From NCBI GenBank assembly GCA_016926255.1, contig JAFGOY010000009.1, positions 28,414 to 92,413 of the forward strand: a DNA stretch of 64,000 nucleotides, given 5' to 3'. Under the pieces are notes generated by a model. That model saw only the letters and a program-made list of their open reading frames with translations. It was not told the DNA's origin and ran no database searches. Both the position numbers and the translations under genes were made by a program. Positions 63,576 to 64,000 of the stretch are shown here, in pieces (the stretch's first letter is position 1; each line of letters starts with the position of its first letter). This DNA is from Anaerolineae bacterium (lineage in GTDB: Bacteria; Chloroflexota; Anaerolineae; Aggregatilineales; UBA3940).

Positions 63576-64000
63576 CTACCGGATGAAGCTGTCTCGCTGG
63601 CGCATCACCAACTGGGCTTCAAGCTGGCGCAGCGTGTCGATGACGACACCGACGACGATGATCAAGCCACCGCCGCTGATGACATACAACGCACTACGAA
63701 CTTCCAACCCCGCACCTGGACTGATAAGTTCCATAACCATCTGCACCACACCGGGCAGCACGGCGATCACCCCCAGGAAAAGCGCGCCAACCAGCGTGAT
63801 TCGCTGAACCACCTTGTTGACGAATTCCTCGGTGCGTTTGCCGGGACGGATGCCAGGAATGAAGCCCCCATTACGCTGGAGGTTATCGGCCAGATTCTGG
63901 TTTCTGATCATGATTTCGGTATAGAGGTAGGTAAAACCAACCACCAGCGAGAAATAGACCAGCCAGTACATGACCTGACCGGGCATGCGATTACCGCCCT
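63576..64000 (-). CDS. secY: preprotein translocase SecY, C-terminal part (gene continues beyond the right edge)
   Basis: NLQRNGGFIPGIRPGKRTEEF and the C-terminal TM segments. Confidence 0.93.
   Translation of the reverse strand, partial: GGNRMPGQVMYWLVYFSLVVGFTYLYTEIMIRNQNLADNLQRNGGFIPGIRPGKRTEEFVNKVVQRITLVGALFLGVIAVLPGVVQMVMELISPGAGLEVRSALYVISGGGLIIVVGVVIDTLRQLEAQLVMRQRDSFIR

Overview
Core chromosomal window of about 64 kb from a moderately GC-rich bacterium. I found no transposase, integrase, phage gene, CRISPR array or rRNA. The gene order is Terrabacteria-like (Firmicutes/Chloroflexota style; taxon is an inference). It includes rpmB | asp23-yloV(DAK2)-degV-degV-recG-coaD, rpmF-fabD-fabG, asp23-nusB, tatAC, and secY-adk-map-rpmJ-rpsM-rpsK-rpsD-rpoA-rplQ-truA-rplM-rpsI. 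Other blocks are glmS preceded by a glmS ribozyme, a GH57-type glycogen cluster, a GT2/GT-C/PD40-lipoprotein glycosylation module, hsp20-lon-receiver, an ABC exporter, lgt, and one tRNA-Pro(CGG). About 70 CDS are supported. Several ORF-track starts need trimming (cmk, glmS, fabD, map, both asp23 genes, the MBL hydrolase). truA needs extending to a non-canonical CTG start. rpmJ and a left-edge lipoprotein gene are missing from the track. The most unusual items are: (1) a monocistronic PHP-AlbA_2-unknown-domain protein in an AT-rich pocket next to lon; (2) a YjeF_N (NAD(P)HX epimerase)-Clp_N fusion between fabD and fabG; (3) a tandem RNase HI with a degenerate second domain; (4) a glmS ribozyme with a two-hairpin insertion; (5) a perfect GAAC-N4-GTTC SOS box in front of a membrane-anchored lytic transglycosylase; (6) a CIRCE-like operator in front of hsp20-lon; (7) several extended -10 promoters placed so close to start codons that the mRNAs are probably leaderless. 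Hand-derived coordinates (promoters, hairpins, motifs) may be off by 1-2 nt. No similarity search or folding program was run.
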